Both the position numbers and the translations under genes were made by a program. From NCBI GenBank assembly GCA_000004985.1, contig GG738922.1: a stretch of DNA of 64,000 bases; one strand, 5' to 3'. How positions within the stretch are numbered: the first letter of the stretch is position 1; every line of letters begins with the position of its first letter. Below, one piece after another: positions 43,466 through 53,940 of the stretch. The notes below the pieces were generated by a model. It saw nothing but the letters and a program-made list of their open reading frames with translations, was not told the DNA's origin and made no database searches. This stretch comes from Naegleria gruberi. Taxonomy: Eukaryota.

Positions 43466-44956
43466 ATGAGCAAACAATCAACGCCCCGAAGTGGTGGTGG
43501 CAGTAGTAGTAGTGGTTATAATTTAATTAATTCGGGTAACCCTAATCATTCAATATCGTCACCATCGTTAGCATCATCCTCATCAGCACTAAGGAGGAGT
43601 GGTGTGGAGAGTCCGGCAGGTTTGAGGTCACCTCCTGGTTCTGCCTTATCGAGAAAGAGTCGTTCGTCGACTGTTCATGTTTCTAGTAGTAGTAATGGAA
43701 GTTTTCAAGAAATGATGATGAATGGAAGTGTTGTTGGTTCCGGCAGTGGCAGTGTTGGACAAAAGAGTAAATTAACTGCATCTAATTTGAATGCTCATAA
43801 TGAACAAATTGCTGAGGATGAAAAGATGCAATCAAGGACAAAGAAAACAAGTTCGATAATGTCCCCTGGTTCTGTTGCTCCATCGAGTAATAGCAACAGT
43901 AGTAACAATTCAAGAAATAGAACCAACTCGGTAATGTCCAATACAAATAGACATATTTATCATCCAATTCCTTTGGAATTGAGTTCTAGAAATCTTTTAT
44001 ATTACCTTTACAATACTCAAAATGAAGAAGAGAAGGAGTTGATGGAACAACATTTTATTGACTCGAAATATATTGTTGCCATTGGAGATTTACATGGACA
44101 TTTGAGTGCATTGAAATTGTTAATGCTTAAATTGGAAGAAGCTCTAGGAAATGATTTACATCAAAAGTATCATTTAGTTTTTCTAGGAGATTATGTTGAT
44201 AGAGGACCTAAGATTAAGGAGACAATTGAATATTTAATACAATTGGAAAAGAGTAGAAAACCTGGAACTACTCACTTTTTGATGGGAAATCATGACTTTG
44301 CAATGGCAATGTTTTTAGGACTGTTTGATGATCAAGTTAAAGAAGGAGAATCACTAGGATCAACCTGTAAGGGGTATTTCAAAAATTATGAGTTATGGAA
44401 AGGAAACGGATCTGAACATATGCATTTACAAGGAAGAAGATGGGGACCTGGATTTACCTATTCCTCATTTAACACATTTTACAGTTATTGTACAAAGGAT
44501 GGACGCAAGGACAATGATGTTATTGGAGATCGAGACCTTCTCCTTAGAAGGATGCCAGAGTCTCACAAACAATTCTTTAGGAATATGCCTTGGATGCTGT
44601 ACAATGAGAAGAATATCTTTGTTCATGGAGGGTTTCAAACATCTTCATCCCTCAAAGAGCAAATGTTGCCACTCATGAGAAGAGACATCATGGTTCCAAG
44701 GATTAAGCCAATCTCAGAAAGAAACTTTTCCAGTATGGATGGACATGAAGATTCAACTCGAAGAATTGTCTCTGGCCACATGCAAGTGGATAGAGTTAAA
44801 GTTAGTCAAAAGAGAGCTCTAGTTGATGTAAGTGGAGGACTTACTGGAGAATTAGCTTGCGTAGTTCTTCCATCCTGCAAGGTTATCACAACTCAACCGC
44901 CAGTTGCAGCTCATGAAGAAGAAGAAGAATTCGACAGATTATTAAATAGTGATTAG
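43466..44956 (+). CDS. calcineurin-like metallophosphoesterase (ApaH/Shewanella-like PPP-family phosphatase) with Ser-rich N-terminal extension
   Basis: 496 aa with ATG at 43466 behind aaaaaATG. Metallophosphatase motifs GDLHG, GDYVDRG and GNHD are in the correct order. The first ~190 aa are S/N-rich low complexity. Confidence 0.8.
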   Translation: MSKQSTPRSGGGSSSSGYNLINSGNPNHSISSPSLASSSSALRRSGVESPAGLRSPPGSALSRKSRSSTVHVSSSSNGSFQEMMMNGSVVGSGSGSVGQKSKLTASNLNAHNEQIAEDEKMQSRTKKTSSIMSPGSVAPSSNSNSSNNSRNRTNSVMSNTNRHIYHPIPLELSSRNLLYYLYNTQNEEEKELMEQHFIDSKYIVAIGDLHGHLSALKLLMLKLEEALGNDLHQKYHLVFLGDYVDRGPKIKETIEYLIQLEKSRKPGTTHFLMGNHDFAMAMFLGLFDDQVKEGESLGSTCKGYFKNYELWKGNGSEHMHLQGRRWGPGFTYSSFNTFYSYCTKDGRKDNDVIGDRDLLLRRMPESHKQFFRNMPWMLYNEKNIFVHGGFQTSSSLKEQMLPLMRRDIMVPRIKPISERNFSSMDGHEDSTRRIVSGHMQVDRVKVSQKRALVDVSGGLTGELACVVLPSCKVITTQPPVAAHEEEEEFDRLLNSD

Positions 44957-44979
44957 GTCATTATCAAAAATATTCAAAT

Positions 44980-46533
44980 TTACTCGTTAACCTTTAAGAA
45001 TCTCTTTCTCATTGTCTTGACCTTTTCAATCTTGGCAGACATTGAGTTCTTCTTATCATCCTTCTTCTTTGTGAATCTTTCTCTGACCTTTTCTCTTCTT
45101 TCTTCTGCTTCACGTTCCTTTTGCATTTCCTTTGATTGAGTCTTGATTCTGTGAGGTAAATGTCTGTGTGCGGCAATCTTTCTGACATCTTCAACATTCT
45201 TGTAACGTTCAATAAGCTTTTGGTTGTATTCAATTTGTGCTTGTTCCTTCTTTGATAAACCACCTCCTCTGAGTGGAGCACTTCTTTCATTCTTCCAAAT
45301 ACGAATAGATTGATCGTCACTTCCACTATAAATATATCTACCATCACCAGAATATTTAACAGTGAATACACGTTGCATTCTCTTTGTGTGATAAACTTCA
45401 CGAGCCTTATAACTTGTACTATCTGTTTTGAAAATACGAACGGACTTATCATAACCAGCAGTTACAATTTCTGTACCTGAAGGATTATAGTCAACATCCA
45501 AAACTGCATTAATGTGACCAGAATGCATCATCAATGGTCCCTTTTCTAAAATTCTCATATCAAAAGTATATACATTACCATCTTCATTGGCAGCAGAGAA
45601 ATGGAATGGATTCATTGGATTCCAACAAACCTTATTTGATTTAGTTTGCATTGTCACAGCACGAATCATTTGATTAGTTCTCATATCATATAAACCAACA
45701 GTTCTATCTCTGGCACAATAAGCAATCAAATTCTTTTCAACCTTATTAAATTTAACACTGTAAATAGTTTCAGTAGATGTTGAAAGTTCATATTCTTGTT
45801 TACAGATCAATCTCGATGTACCTCCAGGAATTAAACTAGATGAAGAATGTCCAGAACAATCCCAAATGTGAATATATTCGTGACCACTAGTAACTACAAT
45901 AGGATCAGAATAGTGATGGTCAATACAGAGTAAAGCATTATGTGCCACAACATCTTGTAAAGGCGTTGCATATGATGGTAATTTCACACCACTATTTGAT
46001 TTTCCAATATAATCAGCTGTTGTGTATCCAATACTTCCTAATTGTGTACTTGCTTGGAAAGCATTTACATTAGCAACTTTCAAATTCAATTCCCATCGTT
46101 TCAAATGTTTATCAGTTCCTACAGAGAAATAATATGAATTTTCTGATGAATCAGATGAATGTCTATATGGTGGAATAACAATTCCATTAACAAATCCATT
46201 GTGAGCTCTATCAATTGCATAAATTGTTTTACGTTCAGTCAAATCCCAAACACGAATTTGCCCATCACAACTTCCCGAAAGAATGTGAATAAGTGAATTA
46301 GGATCTGTACAAATAGTTGTTGGTGTATCAGCATGTCCAGATAAATCTGCAAGAAAAGGTTTAGCATAAATATTATCAATCTTGGCAGCATTCATAGCTC
46401 TCATATATTCTCTTGGTTTTTCAAAACGATGAATAAGTTCCGGATTTGGATCGGAAAAGTGTCTTGTAGTTTCATAACTTGTCTGACGAGTGTGAGTATC
46501 GTCATCTCTTGATATTGTCTTTATTTTGACCAT
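44980..46533 (-). CDS. SOF1: Sof1/DCAF13-type WD40 protein (U3 snoRNP / small-subunit processome component)
   Basis: 517 aa. The N-terminus MVKIKTISRDDD...NPELIHRFEKPREYMRAMNAAKIDNIYAKPFLADLSGHADTPT is the conserved Sof1 N-terminus, followed by WD40 repeats and a K/R/E-rich Sof1 C-terminal domain. Confidence 0.85.
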   Translation of the reverse strand: MVKIKTISRDDDTHTRQTSYETTRHFSDPNPELIHRFEKPREYMRAMNAAKIDNIYAKPFLADLSGHADTPTTICTDPNSLIHILSGSCDGQIRVWDLTERKTIYAIDRAHNGFVNGIVIPPYRHSSDSSENSYYFSVGTDKHLKRWELNLKVANVNAFQASTQLGSIGYTTADYIGKSNSGVKLPSYATPLQDVVAHNALLCIDHHYSDPIVVTSGHEYIHIWDCSGHSSSSLIPGGTSRLICKQEYELSTSTETIYSVKFNKVEKNLIAYCARDRTVGLYDMRTNQMIRAVTMQTKSNKVCWNPMNPFHFSAANEDGNVYTFDMRILEKGPLMMHSGHINAVLDVDYNPSGTEIVTAGYDKSVRIFKTDSTSYKAREVYHTKRMQRVFTVKYSGDGRYIYSGSDDQSIRIWKNERSAPLRGGGLSKKEQAQIEYNQKLIERYKNVEDVRKIAAHRHLPHRIKTQSKEMQKEREAEERREKVRERFTKKKDDKKNSMSAKIEKVKTMRKRFLKVNE

Positions 46534-46853
46534 TTCAATTAAAGAGTTGTTGAATGGGAAAAGTTCTTGTTGTTATTGTGCTATTTTTTTAGCTTTTGGT
46601 TTTTTTGTTGTTTTAGCAAATAATTTCAATATTTTTGATGAAAGCTTTTTTGTCATCACCACAGGATTTTGAATTAATAATTAAATTATTTTCTAATTGA
46701 GAGTGATCATTCTTATTGTGAGTACTAAGGATTGGTGAGCAATTGTGTTTTTCTTCTGGATGTGAGGAGGCAAGCGGTATATGGAGATCTGTCTGTTCCG
46801 AAAATTATATAATATTTGTAAAAAGTCTTTGGATGTTTAAAGCAACAAATAAA

Positions 46854-47336
46854 CTACAAGTTGGAATAACGTTCATTGCTATGGGTGGATTCCTGCAAAA
46901 TAGACTGATGTAATTCTACAAAGTACCAATTGTCAGCAAAGAATTCATCATCCAACTTGTTTGTATTTCTATTGGGATTCGATGATGCTGAAGAAGAAGG
47001 ATTTGAAGAGTTTCCATGATTGCGTAGATAGATATCCTTCGCAGAGGCTGGCAATGGATTCAACAAATCAGCCCCAGCACTCTTATAATCATAATTTGGA
47101 GTGGAAGGCATTACTATAAGAGAGGCATTGCCGTTCACTTTGCAAATACCATTCTCTACCAAGAGACCCAAGCTTGCTCTCATATCACCAGATAGTTTGG
47201 CAAATTCGGAGAGTCCTATCTGTGGCATGAATTTTCCTCCATTGTTGTTATTATTCATTGCACTACTTCCGTTATTGCTTGTTGTTGTGCTTCTTCTGTT
47301 GGTGTTTGATGATGGTGAAAAGCCTTGTTGTTGCAT
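46854..47336 (-). CDS. hypothetical N/S-rich protein
   Basis: 160-aa ORF with ATG at 47334-47336; low-complexity ends, no recognised domain. Confidence 0.4.
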   Translation of the reverse strand: MQQQGFSPSSNTNRRSTTTSNNGSSAMNNNNNGGKFMPQIGLSEFAKLSGDMRASLGLLVENGICKVNGNASLIVMPSTPNYDYKSAGADLLNPLPASAKDIYLRNHGNSSNPSSSASSNPNRNTNKLDDEFFADNWYFVELHQSILQESTHSNERYSNL

Positions 47337-47366
47337 TTTTCGACCGTTACATATTTTAATTGTTTT

Positions 47367-47398
47367 TTAAATTATTAAATATTATTTTAATAATTTAA
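47367..47398. repeat. perfect 13-bp inverted repeat with 6-bp spacer (ttaaattattaaa-tattat-tttaataatttaa)
   Basis: Seen directly between the 3' end of the PWI-protein gene (47424) and the start of gene 46854..47336. It is AT-rich, so significance is modest. Confidence 0.5.
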
Positions 47399-47423
47399 TA
47401 GTTTGGTTTTTAATTGTTGTTAT

Positions 47424-48620
47424 TTATCGTTCTTCTTCTTGACTGGATGATGATTTACTCTTGGACATGGACTCGAGAGCTTTCTTTCTCAGTGTTTCCG
47501 AAGTGGAATTTTCATTGGATTTTCTTCTTGAACTAATATAATTGTGACCATCAGAGTCAGAGTCATCGGATGATGAAGGAGGTGGTGTCGGCTCTGATCT
47601 CTCAGATGATGGTTTCCTAGAGTTGTAAGAATATTTAGAGTGCTTTCTTGGTGGTGATCTGTTTCTATCAGATGAATAGTATTGACGGTCGGAAGAGTTA
47701 TAATAATCATCATAGGAGGATGATTTACCAGAGGAACGATCATTGTATCTGCTGCTGTTATTGGTAGGGCTTGGATAAGATCTCTTTGAATAGTCCTTAG
47801 AGTAGTCCTTTCTGTAGGATTGATTAGATGATGATCCTCTAGAATCATAGGAAGAGGATGGTTTGTTCGTACTGATCTGGCTACTTGTAGAGGAACCTCT
47901 GCTACTGTTGTTATAATCAGATCCATTTCTTCCACTATTATTATTATCATTGTCACTTCTCTTGTTAAATCTTCTCTCTGATTTATCATCTTCATAGGAT
48001 TTAAAAGACTCAATTCCTCTTCTTTCTCCACTATTAGTTGATGATGAAGATTCAGAATTATGCTTAGGGTAGGATTGTTTGTTGTAATTTCTGTTATTAT
48101 TATTATTACTATAATTATCATTGGAATAGTCACGGCCATTATTATTACGAGAATAATATCTGTTATTGCCGTGTTGATTTGGAATAATCTTTTCATTGAT
48201 TTTTCTTCCGATTTTCTCTTGTTCTTCCTCTTGTTTCTTTCTAATCTCCATTTCAATTTCTAACAATCCCTCTGGTACACCACTTGTAGTGGATTGTGCT
48301 TCAACTAGTAATTTCCACAGCTCCTTCATAAAGATGGCCGATTTATCAATAGTCATAAACCCAGCCAACTGTATTTGCATTTGCTTCGGATCACAATCCT
48401 TCTCCATCAAAAGGCTATTTGCATATTCAGCAATCATGTCATCATCTGTTCCAGTCAATTCTTCAATTGTTTTATGAATCCATAATGTAAAAACTTCTAG
48501 ATTTACCTTGCTTATATCGACTTTGATATCGAAGCCTTTAGGAAATTTTGTTGATTGAACGAGAAGTTTGTCCTTGTTGGCAAATCGGACATCTTGCTCC
48601 AGCGAAGCTGTTCCTCTCAT
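47424..48620 (-). CDS. PWI-domain, RS-rich nuclear matrix protein (SRRM1/SRm160-like splicing coactivator)
   Basis: The N-terminal 130 aa align convincingly to the SRRM1 PWI domain (RGTASLEQDVRFANKDKLL...KVNLEVFTLWIHKTIEELTG.DDDMIAEYANSLL...QIQLAGFM...ELWKLLVEAQ). The C-terminus is R/S/Y/D-rich low complexity. Confidence 0.8.
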   Translation of the reverse strand: MRGTASLEQDVRFANKDKLLVQSTKFPKGFDIKVDISKVNLEVFTLWIHKTIEELTGTDDDMIAEYANSLLMEKDCDPKQMQIQLAGFMTIDKSAIFMKELWKLLVEAQSTTSGVPEGLLEIEMEIRKKQEEEQEKIGRKINEKIIPNQHGNNRYYSRNNNGRDYSNDNYSNNNNNRNYNKQSYPKHNSESSSSTNSGERRGIESFKSYEDDKSERRFNKRSDNDNNNSGRNGSDYNNSSRGSSTSSQISTNKPSSSYDSRGSSSNQSYRKDYSKDYSKRSYPSPTNNSSRYNDRSSGKSSSYDDYYNSSDRQYYSSDRNRSPPRKHSKYSYNSRKPSSERSEPTPPPSSSDDSDSDGHNYISSRRKSNENSTSETLRKKALESMSKSKSSSSQEEER

Positions 48621-48781
48621 TTTTTTTGATTTTAAAAAATAAATTTAAATATTCAAAATAACTATTAAAATTGAAATTGAATCGAATTGAAAGAGAGTAA
48701 CCACAAGATGATAGATATAACCCAATATTTACACTACTAGTATTAAATCTGATAATAGACAATTTTAAAACCTGATCACAA

Positions 48782-48862
48782 GTTGAGGTGGCCGAGTGGT
48801 TAAGGCGCCAGCCTGCTAAGTTGGTGGAGTAATCCGCGTGGGTTCGAATCCCATCCTCAACG
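48782..48862 (+). tRNA. tRNA-Ser (anticodon GCT)
   Basis: GTTGAGGTGGCCGAGTGGTTAAGGCGCCAGCCTGCTAAGTTGGTGGAGTAATCCGCGTGGGTTCGAATCCCATCCTCAACG is a type-II tRNA with a long variable arm. Anticodon loop CTGCTAA, acceptor GTTGAGG/CCTCAAC, TTTT immediately 3'. Confidence 0.9.
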
Positions 48863-49003
48863 TTTTGTCTTGTTAACTTTTTCATTAATACACTAAATTA
48901 TCAGAATTTTGCTTGAAAATCTGGTCTCTGGGATACATGTCTATTCCAAATATTAAAATAGTAAGATACCTGATAACCGTTCAATTGTCAGAAATCAAAA
49001 AAA

Positions 49004-49321
49004 ATGTCTCAACTCTCAACCACTGTTGTCTACACAGTCATCACCTTTATTGTATTATGCCCTCCGCTTGCCATTTTGCTCATGAGATTCTACCCAAAGG
49101 ATCACTATGATGATTTGAAGAGTTTCAATCTACACATCCTAATTAGTTTTGTTTTATTGACAATTTGTTATTTTATTCCGGAAATTGATGGTGGATTCAG
49201 AACACAACTGAAACAATTTTACTTTTATCTCTTTCTGAAAGGGATTGTTTATATTCCTGCAATATTACATGCATCATTCATGTTCTTTGCTTGGGGACTC
49301 ACTGTTGAGAATCACAAGTGA
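49004..49321 (+). CDS. small (105 aa) multi-pass membrane protein, hypothetical
   Basis: ATG at 49004 behind aaaaaaaATG, with 2-3 hydrophobic helices. No homology recognised. Confidence 0.4.
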   Translation: MSQLSTTVVYTVITFIVLCPPLAILLMRFYPKDHYDDLKSFNLHILISFVLLTICYFIPEIDGGFRTQLKQFYFYLFLKGIVYIPAILHASFMFFAWGLTVENHK

Positions 49322-49720
49322 TAACAAGAAGTTTTAATTTTAATTAATTTAATTTTGGGTTGGCAATGTGAATTTACATTGCTTTGAGAATAATGGTTGG
49401 TTGAGTAGCAAGGGTGAAATAATTTGTGGAGATCGATGGGCACAGCGGAAGTGAGATTTACTTGTTCTAGAGCTATCAATATGCTTATCTTGGATCTGAA
49501 CTTGATTCTCAAATTCATGTAGAAAGTGAAACGTTACTAAAGGAATACGTTATAGGCTAAGAATTCTGTAATGTTGAGACCATGAGGAACGTGTTTCGCC
49601 ATTTTTTTTAACATGTTCGATAATTGACAGGATGGTATTACTTGTTAATAGTAGAATAGGTATTTTTAATAATTTAATGTTGGATGAAAATTTACAAAGA
49701 ATTGTGGCTGTTTTGTGACT

Positions 49721-50731
49721 CTATATTGCTTTGAAAATAACGACTGGTTGAGGAATGGTTGAATAATTTGTAGAGGATGACTTTCTTTTCATTAATTTGG
49801 AGAATGAATAATTGACAAACTTGGTGAAACAATTTGCAAACAAGTTGACCATTCTTCTTGGGATACTAATTTGTTCCAACATGCTGACATCTCTCTTTGG
49901 GAAAATATGATGATTGTCATGCTCATTGACATGATGAACGTGATATCCAATCAAAATTTCAAGAACAAGATTAATATCCACAGTTTGTTGGAAAGGATAA
50001 AAGTTGTCAACCAATGAATCGAACCATCCTTCTTCATGAGCTAATGTTGTGAAAACCATAAAAATTACAGTCATGACAAGTCTACACATTACCAAGTGAA
50101 TTAAATAAGCAATAGGATTCATTAACAAGAATGGAGCCAAGAGCAAAACCAATCTAGCAAAGGTCATTGGAGCATGCTTCCACTTCATGTCTCTCTTCTT
50201 CTTCAAATAAAAGCTGATATAATTAAAATCAAAGAGTGAACTTCTCATGAATAATACCCAACGATTTGGTGATGATTTACACCAATAATCAGCATCTCTT
50301 TGCATGATTTGCTTATGTCTGTAGAGAATATCTGATGGTGTCAAGTAATCTTGTGCAATGTCCATTGAGTACTTTCTGCTATCTTGGCCATAATTGAAAT
50401 GATGATGAGAATCGTGGCCAATTTTTCCTGGCTTGAAGGTTAACAAGTGACCGAAACCAACTCCAAGCAAGAGGTCAACAATTGGATTCAATGACTTTTC
50501 TTGGTGAAGTAAATTGTGATAGCACAATGTCCATCTTCCACCACAAATAAGATAGACTAGTGGTAAGATCAACATTTGAGCAGGAATGTTAACATTAAAG
50601 TGGCTCATTGCGAGCATGGTACCAAGAGGGATGAATTGAGTGATCATGTTGAAAAAGAGGGAGGCATATTTGCTGTAAGGAACTTCGGTTCCATGGACTG
50701 GATGTCTTCCGTGAATCAATTGTCTGGTCAT
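49721..50731 (-). CDS. membrane fatty-acid desaturase family protein (three His boxes)
   Basis: 336 aa with His boxes HNLLHQ (HX3H), HDSHHH (HX2HH) and HVHHVNEH, separated by hydrophobic segments. Confidence 0.7.
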   Translation of the reverse strand: MTRQLIHGRHPVHGTEVPYSKYASLFFNMITQFIPLGTMLAMSHFNVNIPAQMLILPLVYLICGGRWTLCYHNLLHQEKSLNPIVDLLLGVGFGHLLTFKPGKIGHDSHHHFNYGQDSRKYSMDIAQDYLTPSDILYRHKQIMQRDADYWCKSSPNRWVLFMRSSLFDFNYISFYLKKKRDMKWKHAPMTFARLVLLLAPFLLMNPIAYLIHLVMCRLVMTVIFMVFTTLAHEEGWFDSLVDNFYPFQQTVDINLVLEILIGYHVHHVNEHDNHHIFPKRDVSMLEQISIPRRMVNLFANCFTKFVNYSFSKLMKRKSSSTNYSTIPQPVVIFKAI

Positions 50732-51191
50732 TTGTAGTTTTGATGTTGTTGTTTGTTTTTTTTTGTTGTGGAAAAGAAAAACATTTTACCAGCGAGCTAA
50801 ATACTGTTTGCAAAGCAGAATTTTTTGCAGCAGCTATTTTTATTTTTTGTTGCAACAAAACTTGTTTTGCACAGAAACAAACAGATTTGCTCTAAAACAA
50901 ACGGAACCAACCGTATTGTAGATCCAGGTTTTGTAATAGGTTAGAAAATACTTTACAGTTTTCAAGGAATGATGAAGCGAATGAGAAAATTCATTATTTT
51001 ACCATGTTTTAAATAAAAAAAATCAAATTTCACAACTATTTCCAACATTATATATTTTGATAATGCAAAATCACTGAATGAAATAATACTATTCGTTCGC
51101 ACAATATTTAAACACAATCCAATAATTGGATATTAATAATTATTTGTAAAAAAATCTTAAAGAATGAAGTTGTTGAAAAAAAAAGTAAAAA

Positions 51192-52577
51192 ATGATAAAT
51201 AGGAGGAAGATCATCATCTTTGGAGGAGCTGTTGTTTTATTTATTTTAATGACCACGTTTTTGTATTATTCCGTATTTTCCACACCACATAAATACGAAA
51301 CATATCAACTTGAAAAACGAAACCAAACTAAACATAATAGTTCGGAGAAGGATCTTTTCATCATCAATTTACCAAAAGATGTCAATTTAGTACCTGTCAA
51401 ACCTGTAGGCCAAATCACTTTCAACACCATGCAAAATATGCAAAATAGTCAATGTAGTGCAACACGTGGAAATTTGAATCCTCCGAGAAGTTTCATTACG
51501 AAACCAGAAAATAGTCCATGGCCAAACTTCTCACCTTCAACATTTTCCATAGAAACTGATTTTATTCAGTGGAAAAATAATAATTCTGATTATTGGAATC
51601 GTATTTCTCGTGGATTGGATGGAGAAGCATTAAATAGTGAAAAATTAAAGATGAACGAAATGGGATTGACATTGAATTTACATTTGAAACCAAAGGAAGG
51701 GCATTTACCCATCTGGCTAAAAACATTCAAGAGAAGAACTCCTCTTGATATTGTTCTGGATGCAGTATGTAGAATTGATGACATTTCACACACGATTTTA
51801 TATGTTACCATTGATGGTGGAGATTTTGATCAAGTGGTAGAGGAATTAATCAAAGTCAAGTGTGTGAAAGTTAAAATTTATTTCCATCCAATTCTTAGTG
51901 ATTTGAGAAATTTAGGTTTAGACAAGAGAAATTTAGATACTGGATTGGTTTTAAATTCTCATTATGTGTATGGATTGTATTTGCTGACTCACAAATTGGA
52001 TTATCCCTATGTTATTACATTGGAGGACGATTTGGAACCAACTCCTGATTTTTATAGATTCCACTATAGTTTATATCATTTTGTGTTTGGGAAACAAGCA
52101 TCTTATTACAATAGTAAGAAAATATTTGCAATTGGTGCATTTTCTCATGGTCCAATTGTTGATTGCATTTCATTGGCTGCCAAATTATCAAACGATGAAA
52201 CACATAAATGTGGAAATAAGGCAGTCCATCAACTTGTGGAAGAAGATTATTTCCCTGGATGGGGCAGTGGTATTCCAAAGGAAAGCTTTTTAGAATATTG
52301 GGGTGATTGGAAGAGTAATAGACATATTTATGATTATGGAATGAGTATGCTTAGATCTGGAGAAAATCGATACACTCTCGTTCCATGTTCTCCTAGAGTT
52401 AGAACTGTTGCAAATGCTGGCATTAATGGTCAAAATTCTGGTAGATGGGATCATTACATTAGTCAATTTGCTCAGTGGAATGAAAAACCACTGAATAGAA
52501 TTTATTATGTTGATAGAAGAGATGGCGTTGTGAAGGCAGACGAAAAGGGAAAATTTTTATACAACAAGTTGACTTGA
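51192..52577 (+). CDS. GT13-family glycosyltransferase (N-acetylglucosaminyltransferase I / POMGNT1-like), type-II membrane topology
   Basis: 461 aa with an N-terminal signal-anchor (IIIFGGAVVLFILMTTFLYY). The conserved GT13 motif VITLEDDLEPTPDFYRFH (the EDD/DxD region) and C-terminal catalytic-domain Cys/His positions are present. Confidence 0.7.
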   Translation: MINRRKIIIFGGAVVLFILMTTFLYYSVFSTPHKYETYQLEKRNQTKHNSSEKDLFIINLPKDVNLVPVKPVGQITFNTMQNMQNSQCSATRGNLNPPRSFITKPENSPWPNFSPSTFSIETDFIQWKNNNSDYWNRISRGLDGEALNSEKLKMNEMGLTLNLHLKPKEGHLPIWLKTFKRRTPLDIVLDAVCRIDDISHTILYVTIDGGDFDQVVEELIKVKCVKVKIYFHPILSDLRNLGLDKRNLDTGLVLNSHYVYGLYLLTHKLDYPYVITLEDDLEPTPDFYRFHYSLYHFVFGKQASYYNSKKIFAIGAFSHGPIVDCISLAAKLSNDETHKCGNKAVHQLVEEDYFPGWGSGIPKESFLEYWGDWKSNRHIYDYGMSMLRSGENRYTLVPCSPRVRTVANAGINGQNSGRWDHYISQFAQWNEKPLNRIYYVDRRDGVVKADEKGKFLYNKLT

Positions 52578-52747
52578 TTAATGAGGGTAAACTTCCACCA
52601 TCAAACAACAAGCAAGAAGCTTCTCAGGATGCTGATGATTGTTTCCATTTTTCAAACTCTCAAGTTCGAATGCTGACTGGAGGGCATGGTTCTGAGCGGT
52701 TGCTGTAACTATTGAAACAACACCCTTAATAAAAGTAGAACAAAAAA

Positions 52748-53128
52748 ATGACCAAAAATCATGACCGTTTCAACGATCTCATGTTTGAAAGTATAGAGAT
52801 TACATTGCGTGAAGATTTAGTTATGGATGACGAAGCCAAAGTATCTTTTGGAAAATCTTCAAGTATTCCTTATTTCCACGCTTTTAATGGAAGAATTATT
52901 TGTCATGCTACTCCAAAAGAACCATTAAAGTTATACCCCAAATATGATTGGGCAATCGTTGAGCTAGACATCACAAGTAGAGAACTCGACTCATTATTCG
53001 CAGAGAGTTGTCACTTTCCACCAATCCCCAAGTTTATCATTCCAACACCTTCCAAAGTTGAAACATCCATTCAATCTGATATATATAAATATTTTTCGGT
53101 ACTTTGGTTTACAATTATTGAAGAATGA
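52748..53128 (+). CDS. hypothetical protein (126 aa)
   Basis: ATG at 52748 behind caaaaaaATG; no recognised domain. It could alternatively be the 5' part of the next gene, but no phase-compatible intron was found. Confidence 0.4.
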   Translation: MTKNHDRFNDLMFESIEITLREDLVMDDEAKVSFGKSSSIPYFHAFNGRIICHATPKEPLKLYPKYDWAIVELDITSRELDSLFAESCHFPPIPKFIIPTPSKVETSIQSDIYKYFSVLWFTIIEE

Positions 53129-53232
53129 AGTTTTGATATTTAAGTTTCCAAAAACATTAAAATTCCGAAACGTGATAGAGTGTAAAAATAATAAATGTAA
53201 CAGTTCACACAATCAAGCACAAGTCAAAAAAA

Positions 53233-53733
53233 ATGTCAAATTCAAATCTGCTTTCAGAATTCAAAACCAAAGTTATTGTTGACAAGATTGCTCATATTTT
53301 TCTTGTAGGACCTCCTCCTCACTCCAGAAGTTGGGGATTTCCAGCCATTCTATTGATGAATGAGCAAATAATGGCATCTATTCTCAAAGATTCGTATGAA
53401 CCCTATTCTAAAATGAATAACCAAGAGAAGAAGGAGGCAAGAGATTGGTATGAAACATGTGGAGCTATTGTCAATAAAATGATTGGTATGATCGATTGGG
53501 AGGATTGGGATGGTCATTCTGCTGTTGAATGTGATGTCTTATCCTTTGAAATTGACCATCCACATCTGTATCAACTCGTTGTTGATGATATGATCAAAAA
53601 AGCATTTTCCAGTCAGAGTGAGGAAGAAAGAGAAGTTGTTAAGAGTACAGTCTTTTCAGATCCACCAACTTTTGCCTATTACTTGTCTCAGAATTTACCT
53701 ACTCTCATTGTAAAGCATGTTCCCACAAATTAG
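53233..53733 (+). CDS. hypothetical protein (166 aa)
   Basis: ATG at 53233 behind aaaaaaaATG; no recognised domain. Confidence 0.45.
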   Translation: MSNSNLLSEFKTKVIVDKIAHIFLVGPPPHSRSWGFPAILLMNEQIMASILKDSYEPYSKMNNQEKKEARDWYETCGAIVNKMIGMIDWEDWDGHSAVECDVLSFEIDHPHLYQLVVDDMIKKAFSSQSEEEREVVKSTVFSDPPTFAYYLSQNLPTLIVKHVPTN

Positions 53734-53940
53734 TAAAAGATCAAGTTGTGGCCATATCTCAACGACAATATAAATAGATCCATTTTGTAATTTTTGGTCT
53801 AAATATTCTCAATTCTTGTTTTTCCTTTTCAGTGTTCAAAACTGGAATACTATCATCAATGAAATCGTCCCTGTCTGCAATGGTGTAGCTGCACTAATAG
53901 AGTTGTAAAGTAGTTCAATCAATATATAGTTCAAATGTAA

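Noticed and set aside
52748-53733. Joining ORFs 52748..53128 and 53233..53733 into one spliced gene
   Set aside because: No donor/acceptor pair gives a consistent phase. The second ORF has its own strong AAAAAAAATG start, so I kept them as two small genes with low confidence.
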